Shown here in pieces: positions 52,492-64,000 of a DNA stretch of 64,000 nt. Each line of letters begins with the position of its first letter. Positions within the stretch are counted from its first letter, which is position 1. The DNA is from Dendrobates tinctorius (taxonomy: Eukaryota): contig NW_027361924.1 of NCBI RefSeq assembly GCF_039654945.1, positions 5,890,001-5,954,000 of the forward strand. Reading direction: 5' to 3'. A program made the translations under genes and the position numbers. The notes under the pieces are model-generated. The model was not told the DNA's origin and ran no database searches. It saw only the letters and a list, made by a program, of their open reading frames with translations.

Positions 52492-55400
52492 TAGTGTTGA
52501 GCATTCCGATACCGCAAGTATCGGGTATCGGCCGATACTTGCTGTATCGGAATTCCGATACCGACTTCCGATATTTTTTCAATATCGGAATTCGGCATCG
52601 GAATCGGAAGTTCAAAGTTGATTGACAGACTGACGTCATCATGATGCGCGGTGTGTGCGCATCATGATGCGCCGTCATTTCGGGCCTTCCGGGGGTCTCT
52701 GCCGGCCTGCCGGGGGGCTGTGCCGGCCTGCCGGGGGGCTGTGTGGACTGCCCGGGGTCTGTACCGGCCTGCCGGGGGGCTGTGCCGGCCTGCCGGTGGT
52801 CTGTGCACCCTGTGGGGGTCTGTACCGGCCTGCCAGGGGGCTGTGCCGGCCTGCCGGTGGTCTGTGCACCCTGTGGGGGTCTGTACCGGCCTGCCGGGGG
52901 GCTGTGCCGGCCTGCCGGGGGGCTGTGCTGATGTCCGGGGGTCTGTGCAAGCATCGTCCGATGGGACTACAAGTCCCATCGGGCGATGCCTGCTACCATG
53001 ACAGTGATTGACACATTAGCCAATGATGGGACAGTAGTAGTCCCATCATCCGGCTAATGTGTTAAATGTTAAAAAAAAAAAAAAAAAATACTACATACAT
53101 ACTACATGCATGCTACATACATACTACATGCTACATACATACTACATACATACTACATATATACTACATACATACTACATACATGCTACATACATACTAC
53201 ATGCATGCTACATACATACTACATGCATGCTACATACATACTACATGCTACATACATACTACATGCTACATACATACTACATATATACTACATACATACT
53301 ACATATATACTACATACATACTACATATATACTACATACATGCTACATACATGCTACATACATACTGCATGCTACATACATACTACATACATACTACATA
53401 CATACTACATGCATGCTACATACATACTACATGCATGCTACATGCATGCTACATACTACATGCTACATACATACCACATACATACTACATACATACTACA
53501 TACTACATATATACTACATGCATGCTACATACATACTACATGCTACATACATACCACATACATACTACATACATGCTACATACTACATACATACTACATG
53601 CATGCTACATACATACTACATGCATGCTACATACATACTACATGCCACATACATACTACATACATACTACATGCTACATACATACTACATATATACTACA
53701 TGCATGCTACATACATACTACATGCTACATACATACCACATACATACTACATACATGCTACATACATACTACATATATACTACATGCATGCTACATACAT
53801 ACTACATATATACTACATGCATGCTACATACATACTACATGCTACATGCATGCTACATACATACTACATACATACTACATGCTACATACATACCACATAT
53901 ATACTACATACATACAATACATTCATACAATACATACATAGACATACAGTACATATAACATAGAGTAACATACTTACCAATACTTGTCACATTGTTCCCC
54001 GAAGCCATTGTCTTTTCCGGAATAAATATTAGAAATTCCCACACAGCAATGGCATAAAGTGAGACTAGGGACTTTTTTTTTTTTTAAGTGGCGGAGGAAT
54101 ACAGTGCGGAAGGATACCTACCTTCCGTCATTGGATTCCTGCAGCCCGTAGAGAACGGCAGCATCAGCTGATGCTGCAGTTCTCTACCCAAGATCGTCAT
54201 GGGACACACTCGTGGACTGCTTCGGATCGTGGGTGAGTATTTTTGTGGTTTGTTATGTTAATATTTATTCCGGAAAAGACAATGGCTTCGGGGAACAATG
54301 TGACAAGTATTGGTAAGTATGTTACTCTATGTTATATGTACTGTATGTCTATGTATGTATTGTATGAATGTATTGTATGTATGTAGTATATATGTGGTAT
54401 GTATGTAGCATGTAGTATGTATGTAGTATGTATGTAGCATGCATGTAGCATGCAGTATGTATGTAGCATGCATGTAGTATATATGTAGTATGCATGTGGT
54501 ATGTATGTAGCATGTAGTATGTATGTAGCATGCATGTAGTATGTATGTAGCATGCATGTAGTATATATGTAGTATGTATGTAGCATGTAGTATGTAGCAT
54601 GCATGTAGTATATATGTAGTATGTATGTAGCATGTAGTATGTATGTAGCATGCATGTAGTATATATGTAGTATGTATGTAGCATGTAGTATGTATGTAGC
54701 ATGCATGTAGTATGTATGTAGCATGCATGTAGTATGTATATGGTATGTATGTAGCATGTAGTATGTATGTAGCATGCATGTAGTATATATGTGTTATGTA
54801 TGTGGTATGTATGTAGCATGCATGTAGCATGCATGTAGTATGTATGTAGTATGTATGTAGTATATATGTAGTATGTATGTAGCATGTAGTATGTATGTAG
54901 CATGCATGTAGTATATATGTAGTATGTAGCATGTAGTATGTATGTAGCATGCATGTAGTATATATGTAGTATGTAGCATGTAGTATGTATGTAGCATGCA
55001 TGTAGTATATATGTGTTATGTATGTAGCATGTAGCATGCATGTAGTATGTATGTAGTATATATGTGGTATGTATGTAGCATGCAGTATGTATGTAGCATG
55101 CATGTAGTATATATGTAGTATGTATGTTGCATGTAGTATTTATGTAGGTTGAATGTAGCATGTATGTAGTATGTAGTATGAATGTAGCATGTATGTAGTA
55201 TGCATGTAGTATGTATGTAGTATTTTTTTTTTTTTTTTTTTACATTTAACACATTAGCCGGATGATGGGACTACTACTGTCCCATCATTGGCTAATGTGT
55301 CAATCACTGTCATGGTAGCAGGCATCGCCCGATGGGACTTGTAGTCCCATCGGACGATGCCTGCACAGACCCCCGGAGCCTGCACAGACCACCGGCAGGC

Positions 55401-55831
55401 CGGCACAGACCACCGGCAGGCCGGCACAGCCCCCCGGCAGGCCGGCACAGCCCCCCGGAGCCTGCACAGCCCCCCGGCAGGCCGGCACAGCCCCCCGGAG
55501 CCTGCACAGCCCCCCGGCAGGCCGGCACAGCCCCCCGGCAGGCCGGCACAGCCCCCCGGAGCCTGCACAGACCACCGGCAGGCCGGCACAGACCACCGGA
55601 GCCTGCACAGACCCCCTGGCAGGCCGGCACAGCCCCCCGAAAGGCCCGTACAGACCCCAGAGAGGCTGTACAAGGGCAGGAAAGGGTTTTTCTTATTCCG
55701 ATACCGGAAGTCCCATAGACTTGAATGGGACTTCCGGTATCGGAATCGGCGATACCGATACTTTTTTTAAAGATCGGCCGATACCATCCGATACGATACT
55801 TTGAAGTATCGGACGGTATCGCTCAACTCTA
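52492..55831. mobile_element. 3340-bp palindromic non-autonomous hAT-like element, 8-bp TSD TCCATCAT
   Basis: TAGTGTTGAGC..GCTCAACTCTA termini; subterminal GATAC/GTATC motifs; mirrored GC-rich minisatellite, poly(A)/(T) and (TACA)n/(TGTA)n arrays around a loop of about 230 bp. Confidence 0.88.
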
Positions 55832-58800
55832 TCCATCATACTTCCATTTATAATTGCTCCATCTACCATACCTCCATTTAACATACCTCCATCTATCATA
55901 ACGCCATCTATCATGCCTCCATCATACCTCCATCCATCATACCTCCATATATCACAGCTCCATCTATCATAGCTCCATCATACCTCCATCCATCATACAT
56001 CCATTCATCATACCTCCATCTATCATACCTCCATCGATCATACCTCCATCGATCATACCTCCATCTATCATACCTCCATCATACCTCCATCTTTATAGCT
56101 CCATCTATCATACCTCCATTTATCATACCTCCATCTACCATACCTCCATCTATCATGCCTCCATCATACCTCCATCCATCATACCTCCATCTATCACAGC
56201 TCCATCTATCATAGCTCCATCATACCTCCATCCATCATACCTCCATCCATCATACCTTCAGCTATCATACCTCCATCTATCATACCTCCATCATACCTCC
56301 ATCTTTATAGCTCCATCTATCATACCTCCATTTATCATACCTCCATCTATCATACCTCCATCTATCATGCCTCCATCATACCTCCATCCATCATACCTCC
56401 ATCTATCACAGCTCCATCTATCATAGCTCCATCATACCTCCATCCATCATACCTCCATCCATCATACCTCATCTATCATACCTCCATCTATCATACCTCC
56501 ATCTATCATACCTCATCTATCATGCCTCCATCATACCTCCATCCATCATACCTCCATCTATCACAGCTCCATCTATCATAGCTCCATCATACCTCCATCT
56601 ATCATAGCTCCATCTATCAAAGCTCTATCTGTCATAGCTCCATCTATCATACCTCCATCTATCATACCTCTATCTATCATACCTCCATATATCATACCTC
56701 CATCTATCTTAGCTCCATCTATCATAGCTCCATCTATCATAGCTCCATCATACCTCCATCCATCATACCTCCATCTATCATAGCTCCATCTATCATACCT
56801 CCATTTATCATACCTCCATCTATCACAGCTCCATCTATCATAGCACCATCATACCTCCATCCATCATACCTCCATCCATCATACCTCCTTCTATCATACC
56901 TTCAGCTATCATACCTCCATCTATCATAATTCCATCTATCATGCCTCCATCTATCATACCTCCATCTATCATAGCTCCATCATACCTCCATCTATCATAG
57001 CTCCATCTATCATACCTCCTTCTATCATACCTCCATCTGTCATACCTCCATCTATCATACCTCTGTCTATCATACCTCTATCTATCATACCACCATCTAT
57101 CATACCTCCATATATCATACCTCCATCTATCATACCTCCATCTATCATAGCTCCATCTATCATACCTCCATTTATCATACCTCCATCTATCATACCTCCA
57201 TATATCATACCTCCATCCATCATAACGCCATCTATCATAGCTCAATCTATCATACCTCCATTTATCATACCTCCATCTATCATACCTCCATCTATCATAC
57301 CTCCATCTATCATGCCTCCATCATACCTCCATCCATCATACCTCCATCTATCACATCTCCATCTATCATAGCTCCATCATACGTCCATCCATCATGCCTC
57401 CATTTATCGTACCTTCAGCTATCATACCTCCATCTATCATACCTCCATCTATCATAGCTCCATCTATCATACCTCCATCTATCATACCTCCACCTATCAA
57501 AGCTCCATCTATCATACCTCCATCTATCATAGCTCCATCTATCATACCTCCATCTATCACAGCTCCATTTATCATACCTCCATCTATCATACCTCCATGT
57601 ATCATGCCTCCATCATACCTCCATCCATCATACCTCCATCTATCACAGCTCCATCTATCATAGCTCCATCATACCTCCATCCATCATACCTCCATCTATC
57701 ATACCTCCATCTATCATAGCTCCATCTATCATACCTCCACCTATCATAGCTCCATCTATTATACCTCCATCTATCATTCCTCCATCTATCATACCTCCAT
57801 CTATCATACCTCCATCTATCTTAGCTCCATCATACCTCCATCCATCATACCTCCATCATACCTCCATCCATCATACCTTCAGCTATCATACCTCCACCTA
57901 TCATAGCTCCATGTATCATACCTCCATCTATCATAGCTCCATCTATCATACCTCCATCTATCAAAGCTCCATTTATCATACCTCCATCTATCATACCTCC
58001 TTTTATCATATCTCCATCTATCATACCTCCATTTATCATACCTCCATCTATCATACCTCCATCTATCATACCTCCATCTATCATACCTCTATCTATCATA
58101 GCTCCATCTGTCATACCTCCATCTATCATAGCTCCATCTATCATCCTTCCATCTATCATACCTCCATCTATCATAGCTCCATCATACCTCCATCTATCAT
58201 ACCTCCATCTATCATAGCTCCATCATACCTCCATCTATCATACCTCCATCTATCATATCTCTATCTATCATACCTCCATCTATCATATCTCCATCTATCA
58301 TATCTCCATCTATCATAGCTCCATCTATCATCCCTCCATTCTTATCTCAATCTATCATAACTCCATCTATTTTACCTTTCTTTTCCATAACTCCCATCAT
58401 CATATCTCCATTATAACCTCCTTTTTTCATACCTCCTTCATCATGTATCCCTATATCTTACCTCTATCTTTCATACCTCCCTCTATTATACCTTCCTTCT
58501 GCATACCTTGCTTCATCATCACCTCCATTCTTCATACCTCCCTCCATCATCATCTATATTCTTTATACCTCCTTCATCATACCTCATCATCACCTCCATT
58601 CTTCATACCTCCTTCATCATACCTGCCATCATCTTACCTCCATCTATCATACCAACCTTTATTATAGCTCCGTCCATCACTCCTCAACTCATCCATTCAT
58701 AGCCAATATTTGCTGACATGTGGTGGATGCCTAATAGACTGACACATCCATCATACGCCATACGTTTGGACATGCATCATATGCCAACAGTAACACGTAC

Positions 58801-59312
58801 TGTAAGGAATACGAGGTGACACCATCAAAGATATCCAAAATCTGCTCCCACCATCCAGGGTGTGACATGTGCATGGCAGGATCTGGGGTGAGAGGTGGGG
58901 TCCCTCCTGCCATAATCTGCACATGGAAAGGACTTCTCCAGTGTCAGAGTAACGTAACACTGTATGTGCCTGAAGCCTTATATGTAGATACAATATAGAT
59001 TATCACACAGTCATTAATGCAGCTTCCTTGGCAAATATTTGGGAAAATTCTATTAAATCTTCACTTGCAATAAGTTGCTTGCATTAGTGCCAGGGTTGTC
59101 AGTTAATGGCGCCACCTGTACTAAATCTATCACCTCATTGTTCACAACCACCCGCCACTTATCAGATCCTGGAACACAAGGATATACATCTTACTGCGAC
59201 ACCGACCAGCATGGTGATGGGAAATATCAGGTAAGACCGAACCGTACAGGAGATTATATACATGAGAAAATGTGTAATAGCCTACCTGTATGTAAGTAGT
59301 CATATATAGAAG

Positions 59313-60511
59313 AAGCCCAGGTTATACCAGCTGTACATATATAATTATATACAGGAGATGCCCAGGTTATACCAGCTGTACATATATCATTATATACAGG
59401 AGATGCCCAGGTTATACCAGCTGTACATATATAATTATATACAGGAGATGCCCAGGTTATAACAGCTGTACATATATAATTATATACAGGAGATGCCCAG
59501 GTTATACCAGCTGTACATATATAATTATATATAGGAGATGCCCAGGTTATACCAGCTGTACCTATATAATTATATACAGGAGATGCCCAGGTTATACCAG
59601 CTGTACCTATATAATTATATACAGGAGAGGCCCAGGTTATAACAGCTGTACATATATAATTATATACAGGAGATGCCCAGGTTATAACAGCTGTACATAT
59701 ATAATTATATACAGGAGATGCCCAGGTTATACCAGCTGTACATATATAATTATATACAGGAGATGCCCAGGTTATACCAGCTGTACATATATCATTATAT
59801 ACAGGAGATGCCCAGGTTATACCAGCTGTACATATATAATTATATACAGGAGATGCCCAGGTTATACCAGCTGTACATATATAATTATATATAGGAGATG
59901 CCCAGGTTATACCAGCTGTACATATATAATTATATACAGGAGATGCCCAGGTTATACCAGCTGTACATATATAATTATATATAGGAGATGCCCAGGTTAT
60001 ACCAGCTGTACCTATATAATTATATACAGGAGATGCCCAGGTTATACCAGCTGTACATATATAATTATATACAGGAGAGGCCCAGGTTATAACAGCTGTA
60101 CATATATAATTATATACAGGAGATGCCCAGGTTATACCAGCTGTACATATATAATTATATACAGGAGATGCCCAGGTTATACCAGCTGTACATATATAAT
60201 TATATACAGGAGAGGCCCAGGTTATAACAGCTGTACATATATAATTATATACAGGAGATGCCCAGGTTATACCAGCTGTACCTATATAATTATATACAGG
60301 AGATGCCCAGGTTATACCAGCTGTACATATATAATTATACACAGGAGATGCCCAGGTTATACCAGCTGTGCATATATAATTATATACAGGAGATGCCCAG
60401 GTTATACCAGCTCTACATATATAATTATATACAGGAGATGCCCAGGTTATACCAGCTGTACATATATAATTATATACAGGAGATGCCCAGGTTATACCAG
60501 CTGTACATATA
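59313..60511. repeat. 45-bp minisatellite, about 26 copies
   Basis: Unit GGAGATGCCCAGGTTATACCAGCTGTACATATATAATTATATACA. Confidence 0.97.
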
Positions 60512-61887
60512 TCTATAATATAACGCTGGGAGCGTCACTCTGTCCAAAGCTTTTATAGACAGCGCAAGCGCGACGCGCCTGCGCAGTCTGGTTCCAGACA
60601 GAATAAGGCACCGAAGCGTATGGCGTCGGAGATGGCATTACGCGTAGACACTGAATGCATACTGCTATCTACAGCGCCATACTTACTTACCTGACCGGGA
60701 GGAGCGTTGCCGCTGCACTTCTCTTCAGCCGGAGACTGGAGCAGGAGTTCGTTGTCGGTATCGCGCATGCGCATATCGCTATCCGATGCCATTTTAATGA
60801 AGACACATTTGCAGTGTGTCTTCAGCAATAAGGCGCCGGACAGCGCGGTATGGGCATGAGCGTACTCGGGCGCCACACTCCTCCCCCTGCTTATGGGAGA
60901 ATGGGACTGCGCTGGAACACAGGAAAGAAGGGTAAGTATAAATGTTTTTTTGTATGTGTGCAGTTTAATAGGGGTGAGGAGGACCATACGTATCAGGATT
61001 GGGGGGTAAGGGGACAATACATATCAGGATAGGGGGGTAAGGGGACAATACATATCAGGATAGGGGGGTAAGGGGACCATACATATCAGGATAGGGGGGT
61101 AAGAGGACCATACATATCAGGATAGGGGGGTAAGGGGACCATACATATCAGGATAGGGGGGTGGGAGGACCATACTTATCAGGATAGGGGGGTGAGAGGA
61201 CCATGCATACCAGGATAGTGGGGTGACGGGTAGCATGCATACCAGGATTGGGGGTGAGAGGACCATGCATATCAGGATAGGGGGGGTGAGAGGACCATGC
61301 ATACCAGGATGAGGGGGTGAGAGGACCATGCATACCAGGATAGGGGGGTGAGAGGACCATGCATATCAGGATAGGGGGGTGAGAGGACCATGCATACCAG
61401 TATAGGGGGGTGAGAGGACCATGCATACCAGGATAGGGGGGTGAGAGGACCATGCATATCAGGATAGGGGGGTGAGAGGACCATGCATACCAGGATAGGG
61501 GGGTGAGAGGACCATGCATACCAGGATGAGGGGGTGAGAGGACCATGCATACCAGGATGAGGGGGTGAGAGGACCATGCATACCAGGATAGGGGGGTGAG
61601 AGGACCATGCATACCAGGATAGGGGGGTGAGAGGACCATGCATATCAGGATAGGGGGGTGAGAGGACCATGCATACCAGTATAGGGGGGTGAGAGGACCA
61701 TGCATACCAGGATAGGGGGGTGAGAGGACCATGCATATCAGGATAGGGGGGTGAGAGGACCATGCATACCAGTATAGGGGGGTGAGAGGACCATGCATAC
61801 CAGAATAGGGGGGTGAGAGAACCATGCATACCAGGATAGAGGGGTGAGGGGACCATGCATACCAGAATAGGGGGTGAGAGGACCATG
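60512..61887 (+). mobile_element. Probable non-autonomous Helitron, 5' part
   Basis: Abrupt A|TCTATAATATAACG start that ends the 45-bp array; GC-rich body followed by an internal minisatellite; 3' CTRR end not in the window. Confidence 0.5.
60968..61887. repeat. 31-bp G-rich minisatellite, about 30 copies
   Basis: Unit GGATAGGGGGGTGAGAGGACCATGCATACCA. Confidence 0.96.
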
Positions 61888-64000
61888 TGTCAAGGGGCAG
61901 TAAGGGGAAAACAGGTGATGAGGAACCTGGGCGCCTGAACTGCCCCTCAGACTAAGGGGTTCCTGACTTTCCTTAACTTGGGGGTACACTTAATGGTAGT
62001 GAGGCCCAAGTCTCCGACCTGTCCCTGTCTCCTGTTTAGCCCTGAGCTAAACCCCCAACCCCCTCCCCTGGAGGTGAGACAGGGAATAAAGTGTACTGCA
62101 CAAAAACCCAAAAGGAAAGGATTAAACAGAATACGGATTAACAAAACAACACTTAGCTTGCTCTGCAGCAATGCTCCAAGACAGCAGAGTTAGCCACTTG
62201 AAAACTGAAGCACCACAGAACTCTGTCAGCTCCTGAACGCCAGCTTGGTTGGTCTCCAAAGAGGAACAATATCACCAACAGTTAGCTGGTGCACCTGATG
62301 AGCTTATATAGCAAGGTGGGAGTGGTTTCCACCTGCCTGAACAGACAGACTGCCATGCAATAACACCAGCGGCCACCGGGGGCAAAACCCCACCAGCAGA
62401 CTAACTAAACTTGTAGTAACACCAGCGGCCACCAGGGGCGAAAACTAATATTAACCCCCTATGGCCTGAAAGTAAAAAAGGTTATTTATGAGAGAATCTA
62501 GAATCTGACACAGATCCAAAAATGGATCGTGACAGTACCCCCGTTTAATGAGGGGCCTCTGGACCCTCAACACTGCACCTCACCAGAAATCCACCTAAGA
62601 TGAGGATGCCTATATCCACCAGAGTTCACCTCGGCAATCATCTGACTCTCAGGCTTATGGCAAACATGGACTGATGGAGGTGACAACGTACTGTATGTTC
62701 CGAGTTGCCACAAATCTCCAGAGCGCCGACCTGGGGAATGAGTTGAGTATGGGCATTACTGGGGGCAGCTCCAGCTGGTAAGTCCCCGGGCCGATGATGG
62801 CCGACACCCGATGCGGCCCGATCACCCGAGGACTCCAGACCCCTGCAGCACACTTCCACTGGATGTTTTTGGTGGACACCCATACATACTCGTTCACACA
62901 CAGGCCTGGACCTGAACGTTTATTGTCACTCACACGTTTGCCACAAAATGGTGAACTCTTAGTAGGACTGACATCAGAGGTATCCCCCTGTGTCACCACA
63001 CTCACACCCCCCAAGATTTTCAGAGGAAACCACCACCCTCCGCTGATCCTTCCTCCTAAGAGGACTCCGATTAACAGGGTTGGCAAATGGTGAGGGTTGA
63101 GACTCCCTGGCAGCACCTCTGCTGCCCCCACTGGAGAAGAAGGGGATGGTTGTAGAATGACGGCAGAGACAGTAGCCCCCCGGGCAGCAGCCCTCACACG
63201 ACTGACCCCAGCGGACTACTTCCCTGGACTGCCAATCTATCACTAGGTTGTGTTTTTCCAACTAAGAGAGGCCTAAAACGATAGGTGATGGCCTACACCC
63301 CAAGATGTAGCATGACAGGGACTCTTCATGCTGAGTCCCTATATGCAGATGTATCTTTTCTACGACTTGGGTCAATCTCCCCTGGCTCAGTAGGACAGAG
63401 TCAATGGCCTGGACGCTTAGGGGTTTGGATAGCGTCCTACACTTCAGGCCATGAGTCTGGACAAAGTGAGCGTCCACCAAATTGACTCCCGCTCCACTGT
63501 CCACAAACACGGGTATGCCTTCCGGTACTCCGTCAACCACCACTTCAGCTGCTAAAGTACACTGAGAGGGCAAAGTGGAGGAAATATACACTCCCTGGTC
63601 GCCTCCCACCACACGACCAGGGGGACCAGGCTTCTTAGTTTCTACCAAAGATTTGGCGCATGCTGGGCAGACTCCTATAAAATGGCCAGTCTTCCCACAG
63701 TAAAAACATGCCCCAGCCACGACGAATCGCAAGCAACCCCTCTTTGGAATCAACTACTCCGATCTGCATGGTTTCCTCCGACTGTTCAGGTGTGTCCTCC
63801 TCCCTAGCAAGGACTATAGGGGGCACATATGGTGTATGTCTCTCCCTGAGGCGTCTATCCACCCGGATGGCAAGGGACATGGCGGCCTCCATCGACCTGG
63901 GGGCGGCGTACTGCACAAGAGAATACTGCAACCTTGGGGACAGGCCCTGTACAAAATGGCTCTTAAGGGCAGGGTCATTCCACTGAGTATCCGTGGCCCC
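61888..64000 (-). mobile_element. Gypsy LTR retrotransposon, family B: gag, zinc knuckle, protease, integrase tail, PPT and 3' LTR (61888-62534); runs off the window
   Basis: LAIRVDRRLRER; CFYCGKTGHFIGVC; FVDSGA; VWVSTKNI..VIGP..YQLELP; GGGGGTAC|TGTCACG at the PPT/LTR junction. Confidence 0.92.

Larger units (their letters stand above)
47140..58340. repeat. 15-bp satellite (ATCATA[C/G]CTCCATCT, with 11-bp variants) interrupted by three insertions
   Basis: Clear 15-bp period; degenerate flanks out to about 47050 and 58700. Confidence 0.97.

Noticed and set aside
52421-55770. His/Tyr/Thr-rich and Gly/Cys/Pro-rich ORFs on both strands
   Set aside because: Micro- and minisatellite translations inside the palindromic hAT element.
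47082-58318. MIDGG / IIPPS repeat ORFs
   Set aside because: Translations of the 15-bp satellite, broken by 11-bp units and insertions.
59254-61886. 15-aa repeat ORF (362 aa) and ORFs over the 31-bp array
   Set aside because: Tandem-repeat artefacts with no unique flanking coding sequence.

Overview
Vertebrate genomic DNA, not prokaryotic. The repeat families (T2/Kolobok TTAA MITEs, Harbinger MITEs, L2, CR1, Penelope, Gypsy) point to an anuran amphibian; that assignment is inference. The only host genes I can support are two tandem + strand paralogues of the NXPE1/2/4-type neurexophilin/PC-esterase family (8233-21850 and 33604-36959). Each has five coding exons with GT-AG junctions in matching phases and splices to an intact 544-aa type II membrane protein with a GDS motif and a C-terminal HPP motif. 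Most of the rest is transposon or tandem repeat: a near-intact Tc1 DD34E element, nested L2/CR1/LTR/MITE insertions that enlarge the introns of copy 1, three Penelope-like insertions (two with recognisable hammerhead ribozyme motifs), several solo LTRs, two deleted Gypsy elements, a 3.3-kb palindromic hAT element, a probable Helitron, a recent 630-bp inverted duplication, and 34-, 15-, 45- and 31-bp tandem arrays. All the long ORFs over the tandem arrays are artefacts. Best leads: divergence at the catalytic site of the duplicated NXPE enzymes, with an apparent gene-conversion patch, and a 630-bp non-coding hammerhead-bearing mobile unit with complementary ends. Coordinates were counted by hand and may be off by a few bases where marked approximate.
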